Source: Octopus sinensis
Lineage: Eukaryota
Length of the DNA stretch: 64,000 nt
Assembly (NCBI RefSeq): GCF_006345805.1
Contig: NC_043010.1
Span: 61,752,001 to 61,816,000 of the forward strand
Reading direction: 5' to 3'
Made by a program: the position numbers and the translations under genes. This document shows positions 11,164 through 24,205 of this stretch, piece after piece. Numbering within the stretch: the first letter of the stretch is position 1; each line of letters starts with the position of its first letter. The notes beneath the pieces are model-generated. The model ran no database searches. It was not told the DNA's origin and worked only from the letters and a program-made list of their open reading frames with translations.

Positions 11164-13274
11164 GTATGTCTGTGTGTCTTCTTTGCCATCAGATATGGTA
11201 TATAACAAGATAATTGCAACTGCATTCAGGGTTTTTTTTTTTGCCCCTTTTTCCATTTTTTAGTCAGTGGGGAAAGCATTACTCATGCCCCTGTACAGGG
11301 CCTCCAAGACTGATGAGAGGGAGGAGGTTATCCTCAAACCGGACATTGAGGGCCCTTAATGCTTTCAACAGACTGGGATCCACTAAAGGCACACTAGGTG
11401 TAGAGTGAAACAATTGGGTGAGAATTTGGGGCTACTAGAAGTTTGGCACAGCCAACTGGACCCTGAACTGTTTTTGTTGAAGTACTTTACGGCATTGGTG
11501 ACACACACATGCGCACACTCACAGAAATACATGCACACACACACACATATATATTAATGTTTTTTTATGTTTAGCTGTAAAAACAATTTTACATTGATCT
11601 GATGGGTTACTCTGTATTTTTGTAGAGTAAAAATTTATCATTCTAACAATGGCTTAACTGGCTGAAACTTCGAAGTCACTATCAATAATATTCCCATTTA
11701 AGAATGAATATGAGAGGGAGAGAAAGAGAGACATTACAATTTATTAATCGAACATGAATGACAAACATTTTCTCCTGATGAGAAATATGTTCAGAGAGAG
11801 CAAGGTGTCAGGAGATGATGTGAGAGACATTAAAATGTCTGATACTCAGCATCAAATCAGTGGTGCCAAATGAGCAGCGCCAAAAAGGCTGTGCCAAAAC
11901 GTCTCATACACCCCTGAGTGCCAGCTAAGTGATGGATTAAGTTTATTATTTTTATAGGCCATAGCAGGATTTGAACTCAGAACAAATACCACAAGGTGCC
12001 TGGTTGGATTTTCTTATAGTTCTGCCTATTCACAACCATAGATTAGTCTTCATTTTTTATGGATCTGGTGCCACATTAGAAGCACCCACTCCACTCTGTA
12101 AAGTGGTTGGTGTTAGGAAGAGCATCCAGCCATAGAAACCATGCTGAAGCAGACAGCAGACCTTGGTGCAATACTATGGCTAGCCAGCTTTTGCCAAACT
12201 GTCCAACCCATGCCAGCATGGAAGATCAATGCGAGATGGTGGTGGTTTTGTGGTGACGGATCTGAAAGGATATCAGTCATTTTGTCCAGTAATCCAAGGA
12301 CTCTGCTACTTTGTCATGGTGGTGTGTCAGACTTTTAAGGAAATAATCCATTGACGGATCATCTATATGGTCACTCCATCTGCGAGAAATAGCTGCCAAA
12401 TCAGTGAAATCACAACATATTAATAAAGGACGCGTTGGATAATGTATTCCAACATAGTTACAAAAAGAGGAGATGGTCGTGTTTGGCCTAATCAAGGATG
12501 ACCTTGGGCTAAACAGCAATAATGAAGAAAGAAAGGCCCCTATATAGCCACTTGACTTGCTAGAAATAGCAGCCAAGTCACCCTCATCACAACCTTACAT
12601 ACCAATTAAGAGATGGGATGAGAGCTAAACAACCATTTTTTACATGAGACAAAACGGACAACAGATGATACAGTGCCATTGAAAAGGTTGTTAGGAGGCC
12701 CCAGGGATAACTACAGTTCAATAGTGCAGGTGGAGGGAGCAATGGAAACATAACAAATTTCCATTTATTCAGACACTGTGGAAGGATTCTACCCACCACC
12801 TCAAGTGACTAAAGGTGGACTAACTCTCATTGTTGTAAATTAAAGAAGTTTGAGCGATTGGCAGTTTCGGTTGGCAAGCAGTTCACTATGAGCTGTGACA
12901 GAGAGTGGTGAATCTCATGTAAGAGTAGCAGGGGTGCAACGTGTAAGTACTTTCTTTCCTCCCCGCTGCTTCGTTATTGTGTATAGCCAACAGACGAGGA
13001 TATAATAAGATAAACTATGTAAGTGGTTGAGTAGGAAGACTAGCTTTCCCTGTGGTGTCCGAAACAAGGAAATCTGTTACAAGTACAAGCAGCAGCAGCA
13101 TTGTCATCGCCAGTACCACTGCTGTCATCTCATATTCATCACCTCCATCACTGGTTCCCAACCAGAGCCTTTATGACCCTTGGGGGTGGGGTCCACATAA
13201 GATTTTGCTGTTTATGTGCAATAAACTGGTTATATTTCTACAATACACAAAATGTTTAGACAATTGTTTTAAAC

Positions 13275-13680
13275 AGTTCTGTATTTAAGAGATGAGGAAT
13301 TATTTACATTATTTACATTTGATGGATATTTGTCCTCATCTTGTTTGTTGTCAACATGTCTTGGCTGATATACCCTCCAGCCTTCATCAGGTGTCTTGGG
13401 GAAATTTCGAACATGGGTTCTCATTCCTAAGGTATTTTTTTCAATGTTGCTATTATTATTATTATATTATTATTATTATTATTATTATTCCAAGTTCGAT
13501 TCCAGGCAGTGACCTGAATAATAATGATAATTATAATAATAAAAGATACCTTAGGAATGAGAACCCAGGTTCGAAATTTCCCCCAGGACACCTGATGAAG
13601 GCTGGAGGATATATCAGCCGAAACGTTGTGTTAACAACAAACAAGATGAGAACAAATATTCATCAAATGTAAATAATGTA
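13275..13680 (-). mobile_element. H1 hammerhead retroelement cassette (inverted pair)
   Basis: Minus copy 13275-13488 and plus copy 13489-13680; perfect 13-bp TSD AATTGTTTTAAAC at 13262-13274 and 13681-13693. Confidence 0.85.
13587..13632 (+). ncRNA. Intact type I minimal hammerhead ribozyme motif (H1)
   Basis: GACAC-CTGATGA-A-GGCTG(10 nt)CAGCC-GAAAC-GTT-GTGTT; palindromic stem III AACGTT as in Penelope-associated hammerheads. Confidence 0.85.
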
Positions 13681-13890
13681 AATTGTTTTAAACGTTGGAT
13701 GTGTATGAGGGTCCATTAGAGTAAAGCAAGAACCAAAGGGGCCCATAGGTGAAAAATGGTTGGCAAACACTGACCTCTACACTGTCCCTTATAAAACCTT
13801 GCATGAAACACCACATTTGGTATCTCTACACTCTACCATGAAGCCATTCCCCTTCCCCTTTTTGGTAGGGTTTCCTAGAATGGTTTCCTT

Positions 13891-14118
13891 TAATCCTTCA
13901 GCATTCAGATTATTCTGTCAAATGTGATGCGTCTTTATTCACGTTGTTTCCAGTTAATCCTGGATTATCTCATAGCTTCAAGATTTCTATGATGCAGTTG
14001 CTTATTCTTAGAATGACATTGTAGGGTAGGTGTGAGAGGCTGGATCTGGCCAGTTTGAACATAAAACAGGGAGAATATTTGGGACCCTATATGGCCTGCT
14101 TCAATGCAAAAGGGTTAA
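13891..14118. mobile_element. piggyBac-type MITE family 2
   Basis: TTAATCCTTCAGCATT ... AATGCAAAAGGGTTAA; other copies near 19830-20090, 22768-22990, 39024-39252 and 57524-57705. Confidence 0.65.
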
Positions 14119-14421
14119 TGTCAAACACTTTACAAAGTGCACTGGGTATATTTTATCAGGGTGCAAGCACTGTGTCCCCAACACTGCAAGGTCCTTTGAT
14201 CCCTTCATTGTCTATACTCAGCTCCCAATCGCTTTACATACATCATCACCATCGTCATCATTCCTCAACATTTCGTGCCTGTATTCCATACTGTCATGAG
14301 CTGGATGATTCAACAGGATTCATGGCAGATATTAATTGGAGGATCACATCTCACTCAGATATCTCAGTTTTGCTACCATTTCTATGGTAGGATGCTCTTC
14401 TTAACACTAATCTTTATGTGC

Positions 14422-14460
<39 letters not shown>

Positions 14461-14524
14461 CTTCACTTAGGTATTGCATGACCTGGTGTAGAATTCAATG
14501 TACATATAAGTGAGAATCATAGTC

Positions 14525-14980
14525 ATTGCCAGTGCTGGTGACATGTAAAAGCACCCACTGCACTCTTGGAGTGGTTTGCACAAGGAAGGGTGCCAAATCA
14601 GGCTGGACCCTGGCACAGCTCTCTGGCTTACCAGTCCCTGTCAAACCATCCAACCCATGCCAGCATGGAAAACAGATGCTAAATAATGATGATGATGATG
14701 ATGATATATATATCTATATATAGGCATGGCTATGTGGTAAGAAGTCTGCTTCCCAACCACATGGTTCTGGGTTCAGTCCCACTGTGTGGCACCTTGGGCA
14801 AGCATCTTCTACTATAGCCCTGGGCCAACCAAAGATGGAAACTGAAAGAATCCCATTGTATATATACATGCATGTGTGTTTTTGTCTTTGTGTCTGTTTG
14901 TCTCCCACCACTGCTTGATAACCAGTGTTGGCGTGTTTATGTTCCCATAACATAGCAGTTTGGGAAAAAGAGACCGATAG
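14525..14980 (+). mobile_element. RTE 3' fragment (to ~14705) followed by a partial SINE A (from ~14722)
   Basis: Similarity to other copies in the window. Confidence 0.7.
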
Positions 14981-15391
14981 CAAACAGAGAATACAATTGA
15001 AGCAAAATAAACATTATTACAGGTGTGACCCGTGGTAACCTTAGACATGTTTCACGTATTGTGCTTTTTTTTGTTGTTGTTGTTTTCTTAGCTTATGTCT
15101 GCAAAGTGATTTTTTTCTTATAGGCAAAAACCACAGCAGCAGGCCTTACTACAATGCATATACATTTAGTATGATATATAGATGGCAGTTTTAAACATAC
15201 ATGTTCAGATATATATATATATATATATATATATGCATATTCAATCAAAGCAATTAAGATTCAAGTAAATTCCAATGAATTTACTTGAATGTGGTACTTA
15301 ACTTAGATGCACCAGAAAAACTATATGGTGTTAACCATACAGTAATGTGGGGTGATTATAAACGAGAAAGAAGCAACAAGAATGGATTAGT

Positions 15392-15482
15392 TTTTAGTAC
15401 AATCGTTTCATACAAAGACAGGCTTTATTACAAGTTGCAAAAATTGCAGCAGATAAAAGTGTCCCGTACTCATCAGCTAAAA
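15392..15482 (-). ncRNA. Type I hammerhead motif with long stem II (Penelope terminal-repeat type)
   Basis: Minus strand TTTTAG-CTGATGA-GTACGGGACA...TGTCTTTGTAT-GAAAC-GATT-GTA-CTAAAA. Confidence 0.75.
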
Positions 15483-15618
15483 TACATATGAGTTCTCCAA
15501 ACATCTTAGTGGGTGAGGTTATATTCATGAAATATTGGAGATAATTCCATTAAAGGCAGATATAGGTTGCAAACAGATTTCCAAAGTTCCTTAATGATGA
15601 TGCACAGTCTTATCACCC

Positions 15619-15811
15619 TGGTGCCAGTGGCACGTAAAAGCACTCATTACACTCTCGGTGTGGTTAGTTTTAGGAAGGGCATCCAGCCGTAGAAAACCAT
15701 GCCGAATCAGACTGGAGTCTGGTACAGCCTTCAGGTTTACCAGCCCTGGTCAAACCATCCAACCCATGCCAGCATGGACAACGGATGTTGAATGATGATA
15801 ACGATGATGAT
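15619..15811 (+). mobile_element. RTE LINE 3' fragment
   Basis: Same family as 4010-4286. Confidence 0.75.
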
Positions 15812-16263
15812 ATATATATATATAACATAAAGGAATGAGGATTTGGAATCTAGGCAGGTACTCTACTAGCCTTCTAATATAATCCAGATCTGACTAACCA
15901 CATCGAATGATTGGGAGCATACAGAATTGTTTAAGATAAACAAATGGTACTTGACTCGATGGATGAATCCTGAGTTTTGCTTCATTGGATTTCAAACCAC
16001 TTTCAGACTCTATAATCAAGACATTGTAAAGAAGAATGAAGAATTCTACATCTTCAAAATCCAATATTCCTCCAAGGACTGCATCAGGCTCCAGTGTCTG
16101 CTTTGGCATAATTTGTGCAGCTGGATGCCCTTCCTAGTACCGACCATTTTATTGTGTTTGCTGGGTCCTTTTTTGTATGCAGCTTGCGGGGATAAAAAAA
16201 GTATGAGAGAAAAAGAAAAGGTCTGGAGCAGAACAGGTCTCTTGGTGAGGAGCAGCTTCATCA

Positions 16264-16622
16264 GTGGAGACGCAATGGCCCAGTAGTTAGAGCAGCGGAC
16301 TCGCGGTTGGAGGATCACGGTTTCAATTCCCAGACTGGGCGTTGTGTGTGTTTATTGAGCGAAAACACCTAAAGCTCCACGAAGCGACCCCTGTTGTACT
16401 CTTTCGCTCCAACTTTCTCTCACTCTTTCTTCCTGTTTCTTGTCCCCAATTTCCTACGTAATTGCTGAGCCTGGATGCACATTCATCCATCTGTCAATGC
16501 TCTCGGTGTCAGGGGTTGACCTGCTTTCTCTTCTGCGGGTCTTACGAATAGCAAAGGACCACGTTTTGGATTTCTCCCACTGGGACGAAGACCACTTTGC
16601 TCAACAAACAAACGAACAAACA
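16264..16622 (+). mobile_element. SINE family C head with a different 3' half and a (CAAA)n tail
   Basis: Head shared with 8341-8730; 13-bp TSD AGCAGCTTCATCA at 16251-16263 and 16623-16635. Confidence 0.8.
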
Positions 16623-17356
16623 AGCAGCTTCATCACTACTCCAATATTCATTATACTATTAAATGTAGCTTTATCCATTTCAAGTTCCACTGTTAAAAAT
16701 GATTTACTTCATATCTCTTGAAGTTTCTTAATTCCTATGATGTTAGCATCTTACAATTCTCATGACCAAGAAGAAACCTTCTAAAATGGATGGAGAAAAT
16801 CTCGATGGTTTCTTTGGTATAATGGTTCTACTTGTGTATCAAAGCAACCTTCACATGTCTACAGAAGATGTGGGTTTGTGTGTTATCAGCCCTGGAAAAA
16901 TAAAAGGCAAAGGTGACATCAAGCAGCTTTTAAATTCCAAAGACTGGCTCCTCCATGATATTAGTTTTTACCTCTGTGACTTAGTAAGGTGCAAATGAGG
17001 GCCTCTCAATGTCTCTGAGATGCTGAGCACTCATCTCATACTTTCAACTTGACCACCTTCAGAACCTCTTAACCAGATCCAGATCCCTTTCTCAACAATG
17101 CACACAGGATTGCCATTATGTGCAAGTTGAGTTGGCAGCTTCAAAACAGCAAAGTTGCAGTAATTCCAGGTGGAACATTAATCTCCTTCCTTTAATAAAC
17201 TCTTTGCTAAAATTTATTTGATCAAAAATGGTTTTCATCTACTTCACCAGAAGCATCCAGAAAACCTATTCCCCCACAAGTCTGTCATCAATTGCTTGAT
17301 CCTTGTAAAAACTTTGTCTTTCATCAGAAACCTAAAGTGGTTCTTTCAGCAGACCT

Positions 17357-17800
17357 ACTTTCTACCATAAGCACAAAACCTGAAATTTTGGTGGATGGGG
17401 AGAAGTTGATTACATCTACCCCACTGCACAACTGATACTCATTCTATCGACCCTGAAAGGATGAAAGGCTAGGTCAACCTCAGCAGAACATGAACACAGA
17501 TGAAATACCTATTTCTTTACTACCCACAAGGGGCTAAACACAGAGGGGACAAACAAGGACAGATAAACGGATTAGGTCAATTATATCGATCCCAGTGCGT
17601 AACTGGTACTTAATTTATCGACCCCGAAAGGATGAAAAGCAAAGTCAACCTCGGCGGAATTTGAACTCAGAACGTAACGGCAGACGAACTATTGCTAAGC
17701 ATTTCGCCCGGCGTGCTAATGATTCTGCCAGCTCACTGCCAGATGAAATGCCGTTAAGCATTTTGTCCAGCATTCTAACAATTCTTGCAGCTCATCCCTT
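17357..17800 (-). mobile_element. Nested SINE family B copies
   Basis: Reverse complement of the 978-1412 units. Confidence 0.75.
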
Positions 17801-18260
17801 AAGACTTTACAGTAATAATTTCAATAAGGATCAGTGCTTGACTGCACAGAACAGGAGTAAATGCAAGATTTTCTTTTTTTCTAAATCTTGTGCTTGATCA
17901 ACAGAATGCTCTCCTGGGGATTGGATGGTGAGCAGGCAGAGAAAATGATGCCAAAGAAACTTCTGATTTTGGAGAGTGCATGGTTACAACCTCTGCATCA
18001 TCTTCCATGAGATGTCTTCTCTAACCAGCTTCATTCTCTGTATCAAACATACTAAGCTCTAATCTGCTGCAATGAAATTGGCCCTTTGTGCTGGAGCCAT
18101 CTAAAATTTAATCCCTTTTGTTGCCATATCTCTATTGAAATACTCTGACTGCAATTAATTATGAAAATAATGCATTTAGTAAAATAACTTTTAATTAACA
18201 AGAGATTTTGATGGAATGTTTTAATTGAGATTTTTTTGAAGCAGGTTTATATCACAAATT

Positions 18261-18520
18261 GGAGGTGCATGGCTTAGTGGTTAGGGTGTCAGCATCATGA
18301 TCGTAAGATTGTGGTTTCGATTCCTGGACCGGGCGACACGTTGTGTTCTTGAGTAAAACACTTCATTTCATGTTGCTCCAGTCCACTCAGCTGGCCAAAA
18401 TGAGTAACGCTGCGATGGACTGGCGTCCCGTCCATCTGGGGAATGCATACGCCATTGAAACTGGGAAACAAGGCCCATGTGCCTGGCTAGGCTTTAAAAG
18501 GGCACATTTATTTTTTTATT
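18261..18520 (+). mobile_element. SINE family D
   Basis: Homologous to 3705-3960; GCGATGGACTGGCGTCCCGTCCA V-like domain. Confidence 0.75.
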
Positions 18521-18984
18521 TTATCTCACAAAATCAGGGTTGGTGTCAAAAGCATTAAACACATTCATAAAATTTCCTCTTTTAAAATTCTCCCTTTAAA
18601 AAGTTGGAATAAGGTTTCAAATAGCACAAAAGACGGAATATAATTCTTTCATTATTTCAAATAAAATGAAAACTAAACACTATTATGTTTAATTTTGTTT
18701 TTTGTTTCTAAAATATTCATCTGTTAAAATTTATATTATTTCAAATATATTCAAATATTATTGCAATTAATAATTCCAGTTTCTAAAACATAAAAATTAT
18801 ATTCAGAAATACAATCAAATTTAAATGCGACATTGAAAGAATGAATTGTTTTTCAATCTTCCCTGATATTTGAAACCACACAACTTTTCAATGAGATGAT
18901 CTTTAAATATGGAATTTAATAACAACAGCATTCGAGGTACACACATTGTCCTGTCCTCCCCCTTCGCCCCCCCCCCTCTCTATA

Positions 18985-19610
18985 TTCTCTTTTACTCTTT
19001 TACTTGTTTCAGTCATTTGACAGCGTCCATGCTGGAGCACCGCCTTTAGTCGAGCAAATCGACCCCGGGACTTATTCTTTGTAAGCCCAGTGCTTATTCT
19101 ATCAGTCTTTTTTGCTGAACCGCTAAGTGACGGGGACGTAAACACACCAGCATCGATTGTCAAGCAATGCTAGGGGGACAAACACAAACACACACACATA
19201 TCTATATATATACATATATACGACAGGTTTCTTTCAGTTTCCGTCTACCAAATCCACTCACGAGGCATTGGTCGGCCCAAGGACTATAGCAGAAGACACT
19301 TGCCCAAGATGCCACGCAGTGGGACTGAACCCAGAACCATATGGTTGGTTAGCAAGCTACTTACCACACAGCCACTCCTATATATATATTATTTTATTCT
19401 TTTAGTCATTTGACTGCAGCCATGCTGGAGCACTGCCTTTGGTTGAACAAATTGCCCCCAAAACTTATTCTTTGTAAGCCTAGTACTTATTCTATCATTG
19501 TCTTTTGCCGAACTGCTGAACACACCAGCTTCGGACAAACACAGACACACGAATACATGCCATCATGCATGTATGTATGTGATGGCCTTCTTTCAGTTTC
19601 TGTCTACCAG
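18985..19610 (-). mobile_element. Two SINE family A copies (18985-19380 full, 19390-19610 partial)
   Basis: Reverse complement of 271-712. Confidence 0.8.
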
Positions 19611-20358
19611 ATCTCACAAATTTTCATGTAGTTTGTTTTATCCTCCCTTCCTGGTTCGTTGCCTCTGGTTTCCCTATTTTCCTCGTATCTTGGGACTATG
19701 CTCTGATACCTTGTCACCAACATTATTCTCTTCTTTACAACTGCTCCCACCAATCCTTGTATAATCCTAGATAGCCATGTATCTTCTTTATAGCAAGATG
19801 CCTGTTCATATTTGAACCCTTTACCCTTCAAATTACTCTGTCAAACACCATCATCGTTTAACGCCCGTTTTCCATGCTGGCATGGGTTGGACGGTTTGAC
19901 TGGGGTCTGGCAAGCCAGGAGGCTGTACATGCAACATGCAGTATCTTGTTGCTTTGAGATTTCAATGATGTGAGTGTATTTTTTTAGAATGACATTGTAT
20001 GGTAGGTGGGAGAGGACAAATGTGGTCATCTTGAACATAAAACATTGATAATTTGAGCCTGATATGGCCAGTTTAAGTACTAAAGGGTTGACCTTCCAGC
20101 ACCTGGCACAAATCCACCCCCTTCTCAATCAAGGCAGGAAGGGCTTTTCTTTGTCTTATGAATTACGTGACAACCCCACTAGTGCTGGTATCGTGAAAAG
20201 ACAAAAAACCCTTCAATACACTCTGTAAAGTGGTTGGCATTGGGGAAGGACATCCAGTCATTTCAAAGCAGACATTGGAACTCTGTGTAGTCTTGTAGTT
20301 CATTGGATCCTGTCAAATTGTAGAACCCACGCCAGCATAGAAGAGGAAGATTAAACAA

Positions 20359-20604
20359 TTCGAGCAAGGCCGTTGCCAGTACCGCCTGACTGGCCCTCGT
20401 GCCGGTGGCACATAAAAAGCACCCACTACATTCTTGGAGTGGTTGGCATTAGGAAGGGCATCCAGCTGTAGAAAATCTGCCAGATCAAGACTGGAACCTG
20501 GTGCAGACATCCGGTTCGCCAGTCCTCAGTCAAATCGTCCAATCCATGCTAGCATGGAAAGCAGACGTTAAACAATGATGATGATGATGATGATGATGAT
20601 GATG
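20359..20604 (+). mobile_element. RTE LINE 3' fragment
   Basis: Starts TTCGAGCAAGGCCGTTGCC, ends (GAT)n. Confidence 0.8.
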
Positions 20605-20825
20605 CTGTTGTTGTTGTCATTAACAAATTGCATGGAGTTTTATATGTGAGGGATAAAAAATATAGTTTCGGGCACTTGTCTTTTATCTTAAAGTAAATAG
20701 ATTAAAGGGTCTAACAGTGGGGTTTTCTGAATTAACTTTCATCAATACAGACCCCATAAATTTCCTTGGATCTCAGATCGAAAATTAAAATTGTTATTGT
20801 TGTTGTTTTTCCTGTCGTTTCCCAG

Positions 20826-21094
20826 GTTGAAAGCGGAGCACTTTGCAGAGACAAGACATCGTCACATAAAGCAAAATACTGGGTTCCCTTCTTTGGAGAA
20901 TGCACCAAAGGTTTCAGGGTTTTATGTCGCAGACCAGCAGCTGTGGAAATATTTGTGAGAATGTGTCACTAATGTTGGGGCATGTTTGGGGGTTCAAAGC
21001 CCAAGTATGACCAGAAGCTGCACTCAAGAAGAAGAATGTGGGATGCAAGAAAGAGGAAGAAGAAAAACAAAAAGAAACGTTGAAGAAAAGAAAG
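20826..21094 (+). other. Candidate non-coding (5' UTR) exon
   Basis: Acceptor TTTTTCCTGTCGTTTCCCAG at 20806-20825 in unique sequence; possible donors at 21005 or 21095; no convincing ORF. Confidence 0.3.
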
Positions 21095-21698
21095 GTTTGT
21101 AGTTTGTCATGTCTTTGCTGTTGTTGTTGTTGTTGTTGTTTAGTTTCTGGTTGGTTTTTGATCAAACAGATCTATGATAGAAAGAGGTTCCACCCTCAAT
21201 TTTTTTTTTTTTTCAGAATTATATTATTGAATGTTGCTTCCCTTTTTTTGTTGAAGGGGACCATAGTTTTGCAGGCTGCATGGTGACCTTCCACCTCCTG
21301 CCCCCACAAGTGCTGGTGCCATGCAAAAGAACACTTGGTACACTCTGTAAAGTGGTTGGTGTTAGCAAGGGTTTCCAGCTGTAGAAACCATGATAAAACA
21401 GACATTAGAGTTTGGTGCAATCTTTAGACCCCAGCAGATCATGTCGAACCGTGAAACCTACACCGGCGCAGAATATGGACATTAAATGATGATGGTAATG
21501 AATAAGATATTTGAAGGTGACTGTTATTTCTAGCAAGTCAAGCAACCTTGTAGGGGCTCATAGTTATTGCTTTGTGGTGATGACAGCAGGCATTGCTGTG
21601 TGGCTTAAGAGGTTACCTTAGTGAATTTCTAGTTTTCTGGTCCTCAAATCTGCTTGAGTCAACTCAAGACTTTTCAGTGAAATCTGGTCAACAGAAAT

Positions 21699-21925
21699 TG
21701 GTGAGCTGCTGGCAGAATTGTTAGCACACTAGGCGAAATGCTTAGCGGTATTTCATCTGCCGTTACGTTTTGAGTTCAAATTCCGCCAAGGTCGATTTTG
21801 CCTTTCATCCTTTTGGGGTCAATAAATTATATACTAGTTACACACTGGGGTCGATGTAATTGACTTAATCCGTTTGTCCTTGTTTTTCCTCTGTGTGTAG
21901 CCCCTTGTGGGCAGTAAAAGAAATA
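21699..21925 (+). mobile_element. SINE family B long unit
   Basis: Homologous to 978-1215. Confidence 0.8.
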
Positions 21926-23539
21926 AGAAATTGATGGTAGATTTAATATATCAACACCTGGGTCTTGGGTCCCTTTAGTGGACCCCACTTTGCTGTAGTC
22001 GTTCAGTCAAAAAGGGGCAATATGAGTGTGTATTAGACAAACCCTTGCATAATACCTCAAAGGCTTTGTCTGCTGGACTCAGCTGACAAGAAAACACACA
22101 CCCTGTCACCTTTTGATTACAATTTGTCCTTCCACCAGACAGGTGTGTCACATCAGCAATTAATTACAAGAGTCATTCAGGTGGTGAGCAGGTAGAATCG
22201 TGGCTGGACAAAATGCTTAGCCACATTTTGTCCCTTTACATTGTGGGTTCAAATGCCTCTGTGGGAGACTTCATCTTTTGAGGTCAATGAAATTAACACC
22301 AGTTGAAGACTGGGGTCAATATAATCGACTTATGGCCCCTCCCCTCCAAAATTACTGGCTGTGTGCCAAAGTTTGAAACCATTAATTACAAGAGTCACCT
22401 AACAGCATTGCTCCATCATCATCATCATCATCGTCATTGTTACATGTTCCAAAACTAATAATAATTGTGGGGAGGGCCAATGCCCTTAACAGAAATATTG
22501 TGGTTGTTTGGTTTTAGACCCTTAAAGAGCAAACAGCAAAAGGATGTGCCTAACTGGACTTTGTTTTATTGAGGCCCTGGAAGAGGAAAGGCAGAGTTGG
22601 CTTTAAACAGATTTGAACTCAGAGCATAAAGTTCAGAATTTGATATTTTTACAATCCTGTCCATTCACTTTATTTACAGATGGATGGATATTCAATAATC
22701 TGGCAAAATATAGCAAAACTGTTGATCTGGACGTCTGTATATTATTATCATCATCATCATCATCATCTCCTTTAGCATTCAGATTATTCTGTTAAATGCA
22801 ATGCCTATTCATTCACATTGTTTTCAATTAATCATGCATTATCTCTTAGCTTTGAGATTTTGACATGATTGCTTGCTTTTAGAGTGACATTGTGGGTTAG
22901 GTGTGAGAGGCTGGATCTGGCCATTTTGAACATAAAACAGATCAAATATCTGGGGATGGATATGGCCAATTTAAATGCTAACGGGCTTAATGTCTATGTT
23001 CTGTGCCAGCCTAGGTTGGATGGTTTGACAGGATTTGTAGAGTCAAAGGACTGCTTCAGTCTCCAGTGTCTACTTTGGCATGGTTTCTACGACCGGATGC
23101 CCTTCCTGACACCATCCAGCACTCGTGAGGTCACCATGTAGCTTGTAAAACTACAAACCCCAAGGGGGGGCGGGTCGTCAGTTTTATGCTGGGGGTAGGG
23201 TGGGGTGGGGTTAGAGTGTAAGATGTGGAGGCAGAGTGGGTCCGTGTAAAAGAGCTTCTCAGTAACTCACATTTGGTAACGAAGAGAGGGAATGCGTGTG
23301 TGTGTGTGTGGGTGAAACTTTTGCTTTTAGGTGCTGGTGTTGGTATCATTTATGTGTTTCCATTTGAACTCACACAAAACAGGTTATTTACTGTGGAAAC
23401 AAACACCTGTGACATTGAAGTTTCAGGTGACTGGCAGATGGCGAACTGGGATCATATTATAAACCGTAGTCGGGTGTAGAACTGACAGTGCACACACACA
23501 TGCATGCAAACACACGTGCGCTCACACACATGCATTCAC

Positions 23540-23578
<39 letters not shown>

Positions 23579-24205
23579 AAGTTATTAACTATTTTACAAA
23601 ATTATTTAGAGAACAGAATGTCGCAAACCCTTTGGGAAGAAGTTTTCATATTTTGTGTGTAAATGCTTTTGTTGTTGAGCAATGTATCTTTCTTGTACTT
23701 TTTATCTTTCTTGATTCAGTCATTAGACTGCGACCATACTGGGGCATTGCCTTGAAGAATTTTTAGTCAAATGATTTAACCTGCAGGACCGTTTTTTTAA
23801 AGTTTTATACTTATTCTGTCGGTCCCTTTTGTCAAACTGTTAAGTGATGGGAATGTAAACAAACCAACACTGCTTGCCAAACAGCGGTTGGGGACAAACA
23901 CACATGCACACATAGACATGCAATGTTGTTTGTTCCAGTCTGTCATGAAAATATGTCTGGCCACGGGGAAGCAGGTGAGGGTCAGCGACAGGAGGGGCCA
24001 TCTGGCCGTAGGAAAATCTGACTCAACAAATTTCATCTGATCTGTTCAAGCATGGAAATTAAAAACATTAAAATGATGAGGAGGATGACTTCCACCCCAT
24101 TGAACCATCCTGTTACCATTTTGACTTGGTCGATCTCATGTTAGTTCTTATTCTCCGATCTTTGCTGAATTCTAAAAGAAACTGTGTGTTGTTGAACATT
24201 TCACG

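Larger units (their letters stand above)
13149..13772. mobile_element. hAT-like MITE hosting an H1 cassette
   Basis: Ends CACTGGTTCCCAACC / GGTTGGCAAACACTG; related piece at ~3341-3520. Confidence 0.55.

Noticed and set aside
11776-11800. Isolated CTGATGA/CTGAAGA words (also ~33662, 41783, 43252)
   Set aside because: There is no stem II followed by GAAA and no stem I closure, so they are not counted as hammerheads.
16640-18100. Coding-like composition on the minus strand
   Set aside because: The frames I tried contain stops and no motif I can recognise; it needs a translated search.
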